NCBI GenBank assembly: GCA_016214035.1
Contig: JACRPF010000011.1
Span: forward strand, 129,430-193,429
DNA: 64,000 bases
DNA from: Spirochaetota bacterium
GTDB lineage: Bacteria > Spirochaetota > Brachyspiria > Brachyspirales > JACRPF01
Direction of reading: 5' to 3'
Shown here piece by piece: positions 29,516 through 39,080 of the stretch. Within the stretch, counting starts at the first letter, position 1. Each line of letters opens with the position of its first letter. The translations under genes were made by a program, and so were the position numbers. The notes beneath the pieces were generated by a model that saw only the letters and a program-made list of their open reading frames with translations, was not told where the DNA came from and made no database searches.

Positions 29516-30766
29516 ATGAGAGTATGGGCGGTCGCATTGTATTTGCTCGCGGCGGCGTTCGTATGCTCCGCGGGGCAGGGTTATACTGCTGCGACGGTGC
29601 CGAACCCCAAGCATGCTGACGGCGGATATGTCTCGAATCCCGACGGTATTCTGACATTAGGCGATGTGTCTGAGCTCAACGGTATTATCGCCGATATAGA
29701 AAAGACCACCGGTGCGCAGATAGCTGTAGTCGCCGTTCAGTCGATCGGCGACGCGGTGCCGAAGGATTTTGCCGTGGATCTTTTCAAACGCTGGGGGATT
29801 GGACAGAAGGGCAGAGACAATGGCGTGCTGCTCCTCGTGGTGCCCGGTGCGAGACGATGGGAGATTGAGGTCGGCTACGGGCTTGAAGGAACGCTGCCGG
29901 ATGCCGTATGCAAAAGCATCGGCGAGCGGTCATTCCCGGCGCATTTTAAAAAAGGCGAATACGGTGCGGGACTTATTGAAGGCGTACGGCAGATACAGCG
30001 CGTGCTGCTGAGTGAACAGAGCGCCGGAACGTCTCATTCCTCTGCAGGTGCGGCACACGGTCATGGTACGGGAACCGGTGATGTTACGGCATCTGCTATG
30101 CGTCATCTGCGCGGCAGTGATATCATCCGTGTTCTGCTTGTATACGCCGTCATCGTTTTTGGCGCAACACTGCTGGCGGTCATCGTCATATTGGCGTCGT
30201 TTGTACCGAAAGACCCCTATAGGCGTTACGCCATCGTGCGGCCGGTGTGTCTTCCGGTCTGGGCGGTGATTTTTCCGATCCCATTCATCGGCATTTTTTT
30301 TCTCACGAAAGTGCTTCTCTACCGGTATCGGAATAGCCCGAGAAAAAGCAGCAGCGGAAAACCGATGCGCCTCCTGTCCGACAGGGCCGAGGACGCGCAT
30401 CTGATGAAAGGGCAGCTGGACGAGGAGAAGGTAAAATCGGTCGACTATGACGTGTGGATTGACGATGCCGGCAAAACACGCGTGCTCAGTTATCCAAAGC
30501 TGTTCTCAAAATACAGAAAATGTCCGCAGTGCGGCTATATGACCTATTTCACCGAATACGACCGTGAGATAACGGCGGCAACCTATTCGTCATCGGGAAC
30601 CGGTGAACGTAAGTTTTCCTGCGTATCGTGCGGGCATTCGGTGATAGCGCAGTATACGATACCGCAGAAGACGCGGTCGTCATCGTCATCTTCCGGTTCA
30701 GGCGGCGGTTCATCGTCGTGGGGCGGCGGACGCAGCGGCGGCGGCGGCTCGGGCGGAAGCTGGTGA
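29516..30766 (+). CDS. TPM-domain (TLP18.3/Psb32-like) membrane protein with C-terminal zinc-ribbon and Gly/Ser tail
   Basis: Signal peptide. TPM motifs GAQIAVVAV, RDNGVLLLV, EVGYGLEG. Two or three TM helices. CPQCGY..CVSCGH. Tail SSSSSGSGGGSSSWGGGRSGGGGSGGSW. Confidence 0.7.
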   Translation: MRVWAVALYLLAAAFVCSAGQGYTAATVPNPKHADGGYVSNPDGILTLGDVSELNGIIADIEKTTGAQIAVVAVQSIGDAVPKDFAVDLFKRWGIGQKGRDNGVLLLVVPGARRWEIEVGYGLEGTLPDAVCKSIGERSFPAHFKKGEYGAGLIEGVRQIQRVLLSEQSAGTSHSSAGAAHGHGTGTGDVTASAMRHLRGSDIIRVLLVYAVIVFGATLLAVIVILASFVPKDPYRRYAIVRPVCLPVWAVIFPIPFIGIFFLTKVLLYRYRNSPRKSSSGKPMRLLSDRAEDAHLMKGQLDEEKVKSVDYDVWIDDAGKTRVLSYPKLFSKYRKCPQCGYMTYFTEYDREITAATYSSSGTGERKFSCVSCGHSVIAQYTIPQKTRSSSSSSGSGGGSSSWGGGRSGGGGSGGSW

Positions 30767-30782
30767 TTCGCGCCGGCTGTTA

Positions 30783-30810
30783 TTGTATTTTCCCGGCGGC
30801 ATGGTAGAAT
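30783..30810 (+). promoter_or_regulatory. sigma70-type promoter (extended -10) for the EIIA gene
   Basis: TTGTAT (30783-30788), 16-nt spacer, TGgTAGAAT (-10 at 30805-30810). ATG at 30839. Confidence 0.45.
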
Positions 30811-30838
30811 AAATTATATTATTTTCCGGACGGCGTGC

Positions 30839-31336
30839 ATGATCGCTTCACTGACATCGATGAAACAATTGGTAAAAAACATCAGGAAAAGCCGCGTTGT
30901 GCTCAATCTGCAGGCTACCGGGAAGCGTGAAGCCGTTTATGAGATGCTTTCGAAAGCATCTGAGAAAGGGTTGAAGATCGATCCGGCCGCGGTCACCGAT
31001 ATCGTGCTTGCCAACGAGAAGACGATTTCAAGCGGGCTCGGATACGGTGTGGCCTTTCCGCACGCGGAGATAGAGGGGCTTAAGGAAGAGACGATAATAT
31101 TCGGCACATCGCCGAAGGGTATGCTGTTTCACGCTATCGACAAAAAACCCACGCATCTGGTGACGCTTTTTCTCACGCCTGCGGGTGAATATAAGGACTA
31201 TCTCGCGCATCTGTCGCTGCTTGCGGATCTCTCGCATCTGACGATGTACGTGGTGATGATACTCGAGTCGCCGAACGAAAAAGTGTTCCGCAGCAGGATG
31301 ATTGAACTACTCAAAAAAGGCGGCATGCGGCTGTAA
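30839..31336 (+). CDS. PTS EIIA type-2 (PtsN/fructose-mannitol family) protein
   Basis: GLGYGVAFPHAE phospho-His context and HLVTLFLTP. No other PTS component in the window. Confidence 0.75.
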   Translation: MIASLTSMKQLVKNIRKSRVVLNLQATGKREAVYEMLSKASEKGLKIDPAAVTDIVLANEKTISSGLGYGVAFPHAEIEGLKEETIIFGTSPKGMLFHAIDKKPTHLVTLFLTPAGEYKDYLAHLSLLADLSHLTMYVVMILESPNEKVFRSRMIELLKKGGMRL

Positions 31337-31347
31337 CGCATCGATCG

Positions 31348-33180
31348 ATGAAGCGAACGACGATATATCTTAATTACATCGAAGTAATCCTGCTGTCGCT
31401 CTTCGGCGGCATCGCGATGGCGTTCGCATTCCCGATGCAGAGCCGCTTTTATCTCGCGTTCATCGCCTTCGTTCCGATGGCGATAATCGTATTTACCTGC
31501 AATAAAAAAAAGATTATACTCGCGTCCGCCATATATGTGTCGGCATTCTTCGGACTGATATTGTACTGGGTTGCCGCATATATGCTCAAAGAGACACCGC
31601 TGCCGATTGCCATACTGGCGTTTCTGCTCATACTCATTACGTATGCGCTCTACTACAGCCTTGCGGGCGTGCTCATCTCGCTCATCGCCAGCCGGAAGCC
31701 GCTCTTCCGCGTGTTCCTGCTTGCCGCGGGATTCACGCTGCTCGATTATTTCCGCACACTCGGCTTTCTCGGCTTTCCCTGGGGCATCGCGGGATATTCG
31801 CAGTGGAATTTTCTGCCGATGATACAGGTGAGCGACATCACCGGCGTGTACGGTGTTTCGTTCGTCATTTATCTGGTCAATGCGGTCATCGCCGATACGT
31901 TCATCAAGTATCGTGACAAGACGTTTGACTGGAAGAGCTATCTGCGTTTCCCCGCCGTACTCCTCAATCAATATACGGCGTCGGTTGTCATACTGGCCGC
32001 GGTGTTCGTCTACGGCGGCATGAAGCTTTCACAGGCGAAACAAGAGGATGCATCGCAGCCGAAACAGATACCGGTGGCGCTCGTGCAGGAAAATTTCGAT
32101 TTCAATTACCGGTGGAATGAACCGAGCAGCACCAATCTTGCCAAGGGAAAATTTCTGTTCATGGACCCGGGCAAACTGCGGAATACCGAGACGAATGTCG
32201 GCAGACTGATGAACGGCACCGTGGTAAGTGAACGGATCATACGGCTCGCGAAAGAAGGCGCGCTCAAGAACCCGTCGCTCATCGTTTTTTCCGAATCGGC
32301 AACACTCGACTATTATGATTTTTTTCTGCCCGAGGTAAAGCGCTACCGCACCGATGTGAACCGCATCCGTGAAGTGCGTAAAAAACTCAATGACGGTAAT
32401 GCCGGTCCGTACAACATGTACAACACCTATATCCTGCACCAGGGATTCTATGACATCGGCCGATACGTTGTGCTCGGCGCGCCGCTGTTGGAACCCGGGG
32501 CAAAGGGACGTTTTAAATTTTTCAACGGCGTGCTCCTTATCGACAAGACCGGCGACGTGGTGAAGCGGTATGCGAAACGGCGTATGGTTCCGTTCGGCGA
32601 GGCGTATCCGTTCTATGACAATGAATGGATGAAAAAGACACCGCCGTTCAGTTTTGTCATCAATTTCATCTATAAAACAATGGAAAGCGCCGGGGCAGGC
32701 AACTGGGCGCCGTGGCATGAGTATACGGTGTTCACGCATCCGGAGGATGGCTACCGGTTTTCGGTATCGGTCTGCTTCGAGGACGCGTTCGGCGAATTGA
32801 TGCGCGAATTCACCCGCGGCGGCGCCGAGGTGCTGTTCAACATATCCAACGACGCCTGGTCGTATTCCGACGCCTCGGAATGGGAACATTTTACGATATC
32901 GCTGTTCCGTGCGGTGGAAAACCGGCGTGACATGCTCCGCGCGACCGACTGCGGTGTCACCGGCGCTATCGACGCGTATGGTCGTGTGAAGGCGACGATA
33001 CCGCTCTGGCGTGAGGGCTATCTCAGCACTTCGTTCACCAAGCGCAGCGGCATGACGTTCTATACGGCGTACGGTAATATCTTTCTCATCATAATCGCTT
33101 CGCTGTTCGGCATTATCGTAATCGTTCATGCGGGCGGTATTCTCATCGGATTTCTTAAAAGAAAATTCCTCCGGGCATAA
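31348..33180 (+). CDS. lnt: apolipoprotein N-acyltransferase (long form, 610 aa)
   Basis: N-terminal multi-TM domain. CN-hydrolase triad contexts LVQENFD, KRRMVPFGE, SVSVCFED. C-terminal TM helix. Confidence 0.85.
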   Translation: MKRTTIYLNYIEVILLSLFGGIAMAFAFPMQSRFYLAFIAFVPMAIIVFTCNKKKIILASAIYVSAFFGLILYWVAAYMLKETPLPIAILAFLLILITYALYYSLAGVLISLIASRKPLFRVFLLAAGFTLLDYFRTLGFLGFPWGIAGYSQWNFLPMIQVSDITGVYGVSFVIYLVNAVIADTFIKYRDKTFDWKSYLRFPAVLLNQYTASVVILAAVFVYGGMKLSQAKQEDASQPKQIPVALVQENFDFNYRWNEPSSTNLAKGKFLFMDPGKLRNTETNVGRLMNGTVVSERIIRLAKEGALKNPSLIVFSESATLDYYDFFLPEVKRYRTDVNRIREVRKKLNDGNAGPYNMYNTYILHQGFYDIGRYVVLGAPLLEPGAKGRFKFFNGVLLIDKTGDVVKRYAKRRMVPFGEAYPFYDNEWMKKTPPFSFVINFIYKTMESAGAGNWAPWHEYTVFTHPEDGYRFSVSVCFEDAFGELMREFTRGGAEVLFNISNDAWSYSDASEWEHFTISLFRAVENRRDMLRATDCGVTGAIDAYGRVKATIPLWREGYLSTSFTKRSGMTFYTAYGNIFLIIIASLFGIIVIVHAGGILIGFLKRKFLRA

Positions 33181-33183
33181 ATA

Positions 33184-35037
33184 ATGAAGAACCCCACGGC
33201 AAACACACCGGCTGAAACGGTAGTCTGCGTTGAATTCATAAAAGAGAAGGTCAGGGAATTCGTCTCGCCGGGCACAACGATTGCCGAGGCGGCGGAACGC
33301 GCCGGCATCATCCTCAACCTCGCGTGCGGACAGCAGGGAACCTGCGGTAAGTGCGTCGTGAAAGCGGAAGGGCTTCTGTCGCTGCCGTCACCCGAGGAGA
33401 TCGGGCTCATCGGCGATGTGGAACGCGCGGCGGGTATGCGTCTGGCCTGCGTGGCACAGGCGCTCGGTGATATACGCGTGCATGTGTTCGCGGTAGCAAC
33501 GTTCACCGCGGCGAAGATCATGGAGCAGGGTGAAGAAACGCATGTGAAGCTTGCGCCGGTCATCCGCTCCGAAGCGCTGTCGCTCACCGCGCCCACGCTT
33601 GAGGATTCCTGTTCCGATATAACGCTCCTTGAACGTGCGCTTGGTCAGACGTTGTGTTGTTCGACGCACCATATTGCACTGCTGCCGAAAATACTCCGTG
33701 AAAACAACTATGCCGTACGGCCGGTATATCGCGCCGATGACGGGATGCTGCTTGCGCTCGAGCATGGGGCTGGCGACGGCGGCATCTACGCGATTGCGTT
33801 CGATATCGGCACGACCACCGTGGTGGGTTCGCTCATCGATATGACGCACGGCAAGGAGATCGCGGTCGCATCACGGCTGAACGCGCAGCACCGCTACGGG
33901 CACGACGTAATATCGCGCATCAAAACGGGGCTTACCGCCAAAGGACTTGAGCAGCTTCACGCGAGTATCACCGCAACGATGAACGAGATTATAGATATGG
34001 TCGTAAAAACGGCGAATATCCGGCGGGAACGTATATTCGAAATAGCCGTAGCCGGGAATACCACTATGCTCCATCTGCTTCTGCAGGTGCCCGTGGATTC
34101 GCTTGCCGCATTGCCGTTCACACCGGTGTTTACGCGCGCACAGCGGACGCCGGCGGCAAATCTCGGTTTTCATATTCACCCCGAAGGAACGGTATATACG
34201 CTGCCTATCGTCGGCGGCTTTGTGGGAGCGGATACGACGGCGTGTATGCTCTCCTCCGGCATGCACAGCAAAAGCGGCATCTCGTTCGTCGTCGATATCG
34301 GCACGAACGGCGAAGCTGCGGTGGGTAATCGAGATATGCTCCTCACCTCGTCGGCGCCGGCGGGCCCCGCGTTCGAGGGCGCCGAGATCTCCTGCGGCAT
34401 GCGCGCGGCGCCGGGGGCCATCGAGCGTGTGGTGATCAGTGACGATGTGCATATCAATGTCATTGGAAATGCAGCGCCCACAGGCATCTGCGGATCAGGG
34501 CTCATCGACGCAATTGCCGAGATGCTTACCGCCGGGGTGATAAGCACAACCGGCGAGATGATCAAACCCGACGAACTGCCGTCAGCGGTTCCGGAAAAGG
34601 TACGCTCACGCGTAGTGATAAAGAACGGAAAGACCGAATTCGTTCTCGCCGGCGGCAAATCGCCGGTGGTGATAACGCAGAAGGACGTCCGTGAACTGCA
34701 GCTCGCGAAAGGAGCGATACGTTCCATCATCGAGCTCCTGCTTAAGGAAATGAACATCGGCCTCGACGCACTTGAAACATTTTATATCGCCGGAGCGTTC
34801 GGAAATTATATCAGGCCTGAAAGCGCCATGCGCATCGGGCTCATCCCGAAACTGCCGAAGGAGAAGGTGCGGTTCATCGGCAATGCGGCGCTCGTGGGCG
34901 CGAAGCTCTCGCTCCTTTCCGTTCCGCTCAGAAACGAACTTAATGCATTTTCAGCGCGTGCGAAGAATATGGAGTTCGCGGGGCGTCCTGAATTCCAGAT
35001 CGCGTTCGCGGATGCCATGTTATTTCCGGAGAATTGA
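33184..35037 (+). CDS. 2Fe-2S ferredoxin-domain plus ASKHA (DUF4445) protein, RACo-like corrinoid activation family
   Basis: N-terminal LACGQQGTCGKCVV..LACV plant-type ferredoxin motif. ASKHA phosphate motifs AFDIGTTTV and VVDIGTNGE. Confidence 0.75.
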   Translation: MKNPTANTPAETVVCVEFIKEKVREFVSPGTTIAEAAERAGIILNLACGQQGTCGKCVVKAEGLLSLPSPEEIGLIGDVERAAGMRLACVAQALGDIRVHVFAVATFTAAKIMEQGEETHVKLAPVIRSEALSLTAPTLEDSCSDITLLERALGQTLCCSTHHIALLPKILRENNYAVRPVYRADDGMLLALEHGAGDGGIYAIAFDIGTTTVVGSLIDMTHGKEIAVASRLNAQHRYGHDVISRIKTGLTAKGLEQLHASITATMNEIIDMVVKTANIRRERIFEIAVAGNTTMLHLLLQVPVDSLAALPFTPVFTRAQRTPAANLGFHIHPEGTVYTLPIVGGFVGADTTACMLSSGMHSKSGISFVVDIGTNGEAAVGNRDMLLTSSAPAGPAFEGAEISCGMRAAPGAIERVVISDDVHINVIGNAAPTGICGSGLIDAIAEMLTAGVISTTGEMIKPDELPSAVPEKVRSRVVIKNGKTEFVLAGGKSPVVITQKDVRELQLAKGAIRSIIELLLKEMNIGLDALETFYIAGAFGNYIRPESAMRIGLIPKLPKEKVRFIGNAALVGAKLSLLSVPLRNELNAFSARAKNMEFAGRPEFQIAFADAMLFPEN

Positions 35038-35040
35038 CTC

Positions 35041-35607
35041 ATGTACATCATCGCAGGAACATACAAAGGGCGCAGGCTCTCAATACCGAAATATGAATTC
35101 CGTCCCACACAGGGCAAGGCGAAAGAGGCGCTGTTCAGCATGGTGAACGTGGCGCGCATGGACGTGCTTGACCTCTTCGCGGGGAGCGGTGCCATCGGAT
35201 TTGAGGCGATAAGCCGCGGTGCCGCATCGGTTGTCTGCGTGGATATCGAATCACGCGCGGTAAACGCGATGTCGGATACCGCCGAAAAGATCGGGATGCA
35301 GAATATCCGGTTCATCCGTGACGATGTGCTGCGTTTCCTCTCGCGCGGCGCCACGCCGTTCGATCTCATCTATGCCGATCCGCCCTACAGCGAAGGCAGA
35401 TATGCCGAAGTGCTCGCGGCAGCACGCAACGGATGGCTTGCCGAGCAGGGCATCATCGTGCTTGAGATGTCAAAGCATGAGCTGAAACAGATCAAAGAAG
35501 AGCCATGGCGGGTTCGCCACTACGGGAAAACCTACCTGGTGATGTTCAGGAAAGGATCGCAGGAAAAAACGCCGCCGGTTTGCGAAAATAATCCGGCTGT
35601 TGTATAA
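35041..35607 (+). CDS. rsmD: 16S rRNA (guanine966-N2)-methyltransferase
   Basis: IIAGTYKGRRL, RPTQGKAKEALF, LDLFAGSGAIGFEA, YADPPY. Confidence 0.88.
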   Translation: MYIIAGTYKGRRLSIPKYEFRPTQGKAKEALFSMVNVARMDVLDLFAGSGAIGFEAISRGAASVVCVDIESRAVNAMSDTAEKIGMQNIRFIRDDVLRFLSRGATPFDLIYADPPYSEGRYAEVLAAARNGWLAEQGIIVLEMSKHELKQIKEEPWRVRHYGKTYLVMFRKGSQEKTPPVCENNPAVV

Positions 35608-35687
35608 TGTTTCCCGAATGATGCAATCGGTAAAGCCCTTCTGCAGCATAAAAAACTTGTTTTCTATTTGTAATAAGGAACATTTCC

Positions 35688-38057
35688 ATGAAAGTACCGT
35701 TAAGCTGGCTGAGCGAATTCGTCGATCTCGAGGGAATTCCCGCCAAAGAGATTGCGAATAAAATAACCCTTGCCGGAGCCGAAGTAAGCGGCATTGAGAC
35801 CATCGGCGGTGAGATCAACGGTGTTTTCATCGGACGCATACGCACGGTCGAGAAACATCCGAATGCGGATAAATTATCGCTCTGTGAGGTCGATCTCGGG
35901 CCGATGGGCGTGAAAAAGCTCGTATGCGGTGCGCCGAACGTGAAGGTTGACGCGCTCGTTCCGGTGGCTGTGAGCGGTACAACGCTTCCCGGCGGACATG
36001 TGATAAAAAAAGCGAAGATACGCGGTATCGAAAGCGACGGCATGATCGCTAGCAAAGAAGAGCTCGGACTTGAGGCGTCGTCGGACGGCATCTGGCTCAT
36101 CGAAGAGCGGGCCGAGGTTGGTGCAAGCATCATGACGGTCATCGGTAAAGCCGATCATGTTTTCGAGTTCGAGATAACCGCGAACCGCGGCGATCTTCTG
36201 TCTGTCATCGGCCTCGCACGCGAACTTGCCGCCGTGCTCGACCGTAAGTTCCATGTGCCCGAACCGCAGGTGTTTGAGAATAAGACCGGCAATATAACCA
36301 TTTCGCTTGAAGACCACATCGGCTGTCCGCGGTATGCCGCACGGCTCATCAAGGGCATGAAAATAGGCCCGTCACCCGCATGGCTTGCCGAACGGCTTAC
36401 GCGCGCGGGGCTCCGTCCGGTAAACAATGTTGTTGACGTTACGAATTATGTCATGCTCGAGTTCGGTCAGCCGCTGCACGCGTTCGATCTCAATAAACTC
36501 GGCGGCAAACAGATAGTCATACGCCGCGCGAAAAAAGGCGAAACCATCACCGTCATCGACGGAAGCAAACATGAACTCGATGACCGCACGCTTGTCATCG
36601 CCGACGCCGCCGTGCCCATCGCCGTTGCTGGCGTCATGGGCGGCTCCAATTCGGAAATTGATAATCAGACAACCGACATGCTCCTGGAAAGCGCATTTTT
36701 CGATCCGGTGACGATACGCAAGGGCAGCAAACTGCTCGGGCTTGCGAGCGACGCGTCATACCGGTTCGAACGCGGCATCAATATCGCGGAGACCGTGCAT
36801 GCGATGAGCCGCGCCGTGGAGCTTATCATCGAGACCGCCGGCGGTGTTGCCGCAAGCACCATCAAGGATATCTATCCAAATCCGTTCGAATCACGGACAC
36901 TCGTGTTCGACTGCGCGCTCGTGAAACGTCATGTAGGTATCGCGCTCTCGCGTGTTGAAGTGCATGCCATTTTCAAACGTCTCGGTTTCGCCATGGCGAA
37001 CATCGGCGAGAATTCGCTGCGCGTCGACATACCCGTGTACCGCCCCGACATAACCGCCGATATCGATCTTGTCGAGGAGGTTGCGCGTCTCTACGGCTAT
37101 AACGAGCTTCCGTCAACGCTGCCGCGTATCGTTTCGAATATGATACCCACCGAATACGCCGTGATGAGCGGCATCAAGCATATGCTCGTGTCGGCCGGGC
37201 TCACGCAGCTCATAAACTTCTCGATGGGCGATGCGTCACTATTCACCAAAGCCGGTTTCGATGCGTTGTCGTTCATCACGGTGAAAAATCCGCTCAGCAG
37301 CGACTACGACATTTTGCGGCCGGACCTGTTTGTCGGCATCATGCAGACGCTCTCGCATAACCGCAACCGCGGATCGAAAGACGTCGCCTGTTTTGAACTC
37401 GGCGCCGTGTTCACGAAGAACGGCGATGCGTTCGTCGAGAAGAAAATACTTGCCGGCGCGTTCATGGGGAAGACCCCCGCCGCATGGAATACGGCATCGC
37501 GTCCGTTCGACTTCTTCGACGCCGCAGGTATCACCGAAGAACTGATGTGCCATATGCGTCTTGACGCGCGGAGAAGCGCGAAACAGCATCACCTTCTGCT
37601 TCCGTCGGCCTCTGCCGCAATCACGGTCGGTGACACGGAGATAGGCTATGCGGGCGAGGTGACACCTTCGGCAAAACGTCCGTTCGACGTCAAGGAGCGG
37701 GTGTTTTATTTCGCCATTGACGTGAGTCTTGCGCTCACGCTTACGCCGTCGCCGATGACATTCACTGAACTCTGGAAATTCCCGCCGGTGTACCGCGACC
37801 TCGCGCTTGTCTGCGACCGCGATTTTGCCTTCGCTGCAATTGTCGAGGCGGTACGCAACCATCATGAGCTCGTGCGTGATGTAACGGTCATGGACGTATA
37901 TCAGGGCGAGCAGGTGCCGGAAGGCAAACGTTCGGTTGCCGTTTCGCTTGTGTATAACGACCCGGCAAAAACCCTTTCCGACGAGGCTGTCGATAAAGTG
38001 GAGAAGAGCATTGTTGAGATGCTGAAGCATAAGTTCGGGGCGGCGTTGCGCGCGTAA
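35688..38057 (+). CDS. pheT: phenylalanine-tRNA ligase beta subunit
   Basis: MKVPLSWLSEFV start, tRNA-binding domain (HPNADKLSLCEV), B3/4 and B5 domains, C-terminal FDX-ACB domain. pheS is not adjacent. Confidence 0.93.
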   Translation: MKVPLSWLSEFVDLEGIPAKEIANKITLAGAEVSGIETIGGEINGVFIGRIRTVEKHPNADKLSLCEVDLGPMGVKKLVCGAPNVKVDALVPVAVSGTTLPGGHVIKKAKIRGIESDGMIASKEELGLEASSDGIWLIEERAEVGASIMTVIGKADHVFEFEITANRGDLLSVIGLARELAAVLDRKFHVPEPQVFENKTGNITISLEDHIGCPRYAARLIKGMKIGPSPAWLAERLTRAGLRPVNNVVDVTNYVMLEFGQPLHAFDLNKLGGKQIVIRRAKKGETITVIDGSKHELDDRTLVIADAAVPIAVAGVMGGSNSEIDNQTTDMLLESAFFDPVTIRKGSKLLGLASDASYRFERGINIAETVHAMSRAVELIIETAGGVAASTIKDIYPNPFESRTLVFDCALVKRHVGIALSRVEVHAIFKRLGFAMANIGENSLRVDIPVYRPDITADIDLVEEVARLYGYNELPSTLPRIVSNMIPTEYAVMSGIKHMLVSAGLTQLINFSMGDASLFTKAGFDALSFITVKNPLSSDYDILRPDLFVGIMQTLSHNRNRGSKDVACFELGAVFTKNGDAFVEKKILAGAFMGKTPAAWNTASRPFDFFDAAGITEELMCHMRLDARRSAKQHHLLLPSASAAITVGDTEIGYAGEVTPSAKRPFDVKERVFYFAIDVSLALTLTPSPMTFTELWKFPPVYRDLALVCDRDFAFAAIVEAVRNHHELVRDVTVMDVYQGEQVPEGKRSVAVSLVYNDPAKTLSDEAVDKVEKSIVEMLKHKFGAALRA

Positions 38058-38339
38058 GCGCGGGTAGGTCATGCGCGCTGTCGCTCGGGGAGAAATATTT
38101 TTCTTCACATCGCAGTGCGCCTCAGCTGTCCCTCCATGGACAGATTCGGCGCGTACGCGCCATCGTGGCGCTTGCGTATCGGATTGGAATTGCACGGTAT
38201 GACAGCCGGTTTCGAAGTGGATGAATAATCACGATGTTCAGAAAAACATTTCTCCCCTCACCTGCGCGCAGTAAATATGAAAAGTGGAAGATGATAAAAT
38301 GACAGGGGCTGATAGAACTAGTGAACATAGGTGCCGTTC

Positions 38340-39068
38340 ATGAAACAACGCCTTGATGATATGCTCGTCGTCCGCGGGCTTGCGGAAAATAAGTCGAAGG
38401 CGCAGGCGCTCATACTTGCGGGATTAGTCGTTGTCAACGAACATTGTGTTGATAAAAAAGGCGCGCCGGTGAAGGAAACCGACGTCATACGGCTCAAGGC
38501 CACTGCCCGGTTCGTGTCGCGCGGCGGGGAGAAGCTTGAGGCGGCGCTTGAGACGTTCGCCGCGGATGTACGCGATCGTGTGTGCATCGACATCGGTGCG
38601 TCGACGGGAGGATTCACCGATTGCCTGCTCAAGCGCGGCGCCCGTTTCGTGCATGCGCTCGACGTGGGGCGCGCGCAGATAGTACAGTCGCTTCGCACCG
38701 ACAAACGCGTGGCGGTGTACGAGAAACTCAATGCCCGTGAGCTTGATCTCCATACGTTCGATCCCGTCCCCGATATCGCCGTAACGGACGTGTCATTCAT
38801 TTCGGTTACGCTCATCGCTCCGGCGGTGACGCGCGCGTTTCCCGGATTGAAGGAATGGATAATACTCATCAAGCCGCAGTTCGAGGCGGAACAGAACGAA
38901 GTGCCGCGCGGCGGTGTTATTCGTGACGAAGTACTTCGTGATACCATCGTGAAGCGTTTCACCGCGAAGATGGCATTGCTCAACTGGCGCTGCGATGACA
39001 TCATGCAGTCGCCGATTACCGGAGCGAAGGGGAATGTTGAGTATCTGGGAATTTTCAGGAAAAGTTGA
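38340..39068 (+). CDS. tlyA: TlyA-family rRNA 2'-O-methyltransferase (S4 plus FtsJ domains)
   Basis: MKQRLDDMLVVRGL S4-like start, FVSRGGEKL, CIDIGASTGGFTDCLL, VTDVSFIS. Confidence 0.88.
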   Translation: MKQRLDDMLVVRGLAENKSKAQALILAGLVVVNEHCVDKKGAPVKETDVIRLKATARFVSRGGEKLEAALETFAADVRDRVCIDIGASTGGFTDCLLKRGARFVHALDVGRAQIVQSLRTDKRVAVYEKLNARELDLHTFDPVPDIAVTDVSFISVTLIAPAVTRAFPGLKEWIILIKPQFEAEQNEVPRGGVIRDEVLRDTIVKRFTAKMALLNWRCDDIMQSPITGAKGNVEYLGIFRKS

Positions 39069-39080
39069 TATACTCGGTCC

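Noticed and set aside
30661-30766. GGC/TCG-rich repetitive DNA
   Set aside because: It encodes the in-frame Gly/Ser tail of the TPM protein. It is coding low complexity, not a tandem repeat locus or CRISPR array.
32029-33129. 366-aa minus-strand ORF, and 37239-38195 (318 aa)
   Set aside because: They are antisense to lnt and pheT respectively. Both are shadow ORFs.
38305-38313. GGGGCTGAT, identical to the 5' end of many tmRNAs
   Set aside because: The tlyA coding sequence starts 27 nt downstream. There is no room for a tmRNA of about 350 nt and no T-arm/ACCA 3' end. The match is coincidental.
38122-38328. 68-aa minus-strand ORF in the pheT-tlyA gap
   Set aside because: It has no SD and an odd composition, and it overlaps the hairpin cluster. 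It is more likely non-coding. The gap itself is reported as a finding.
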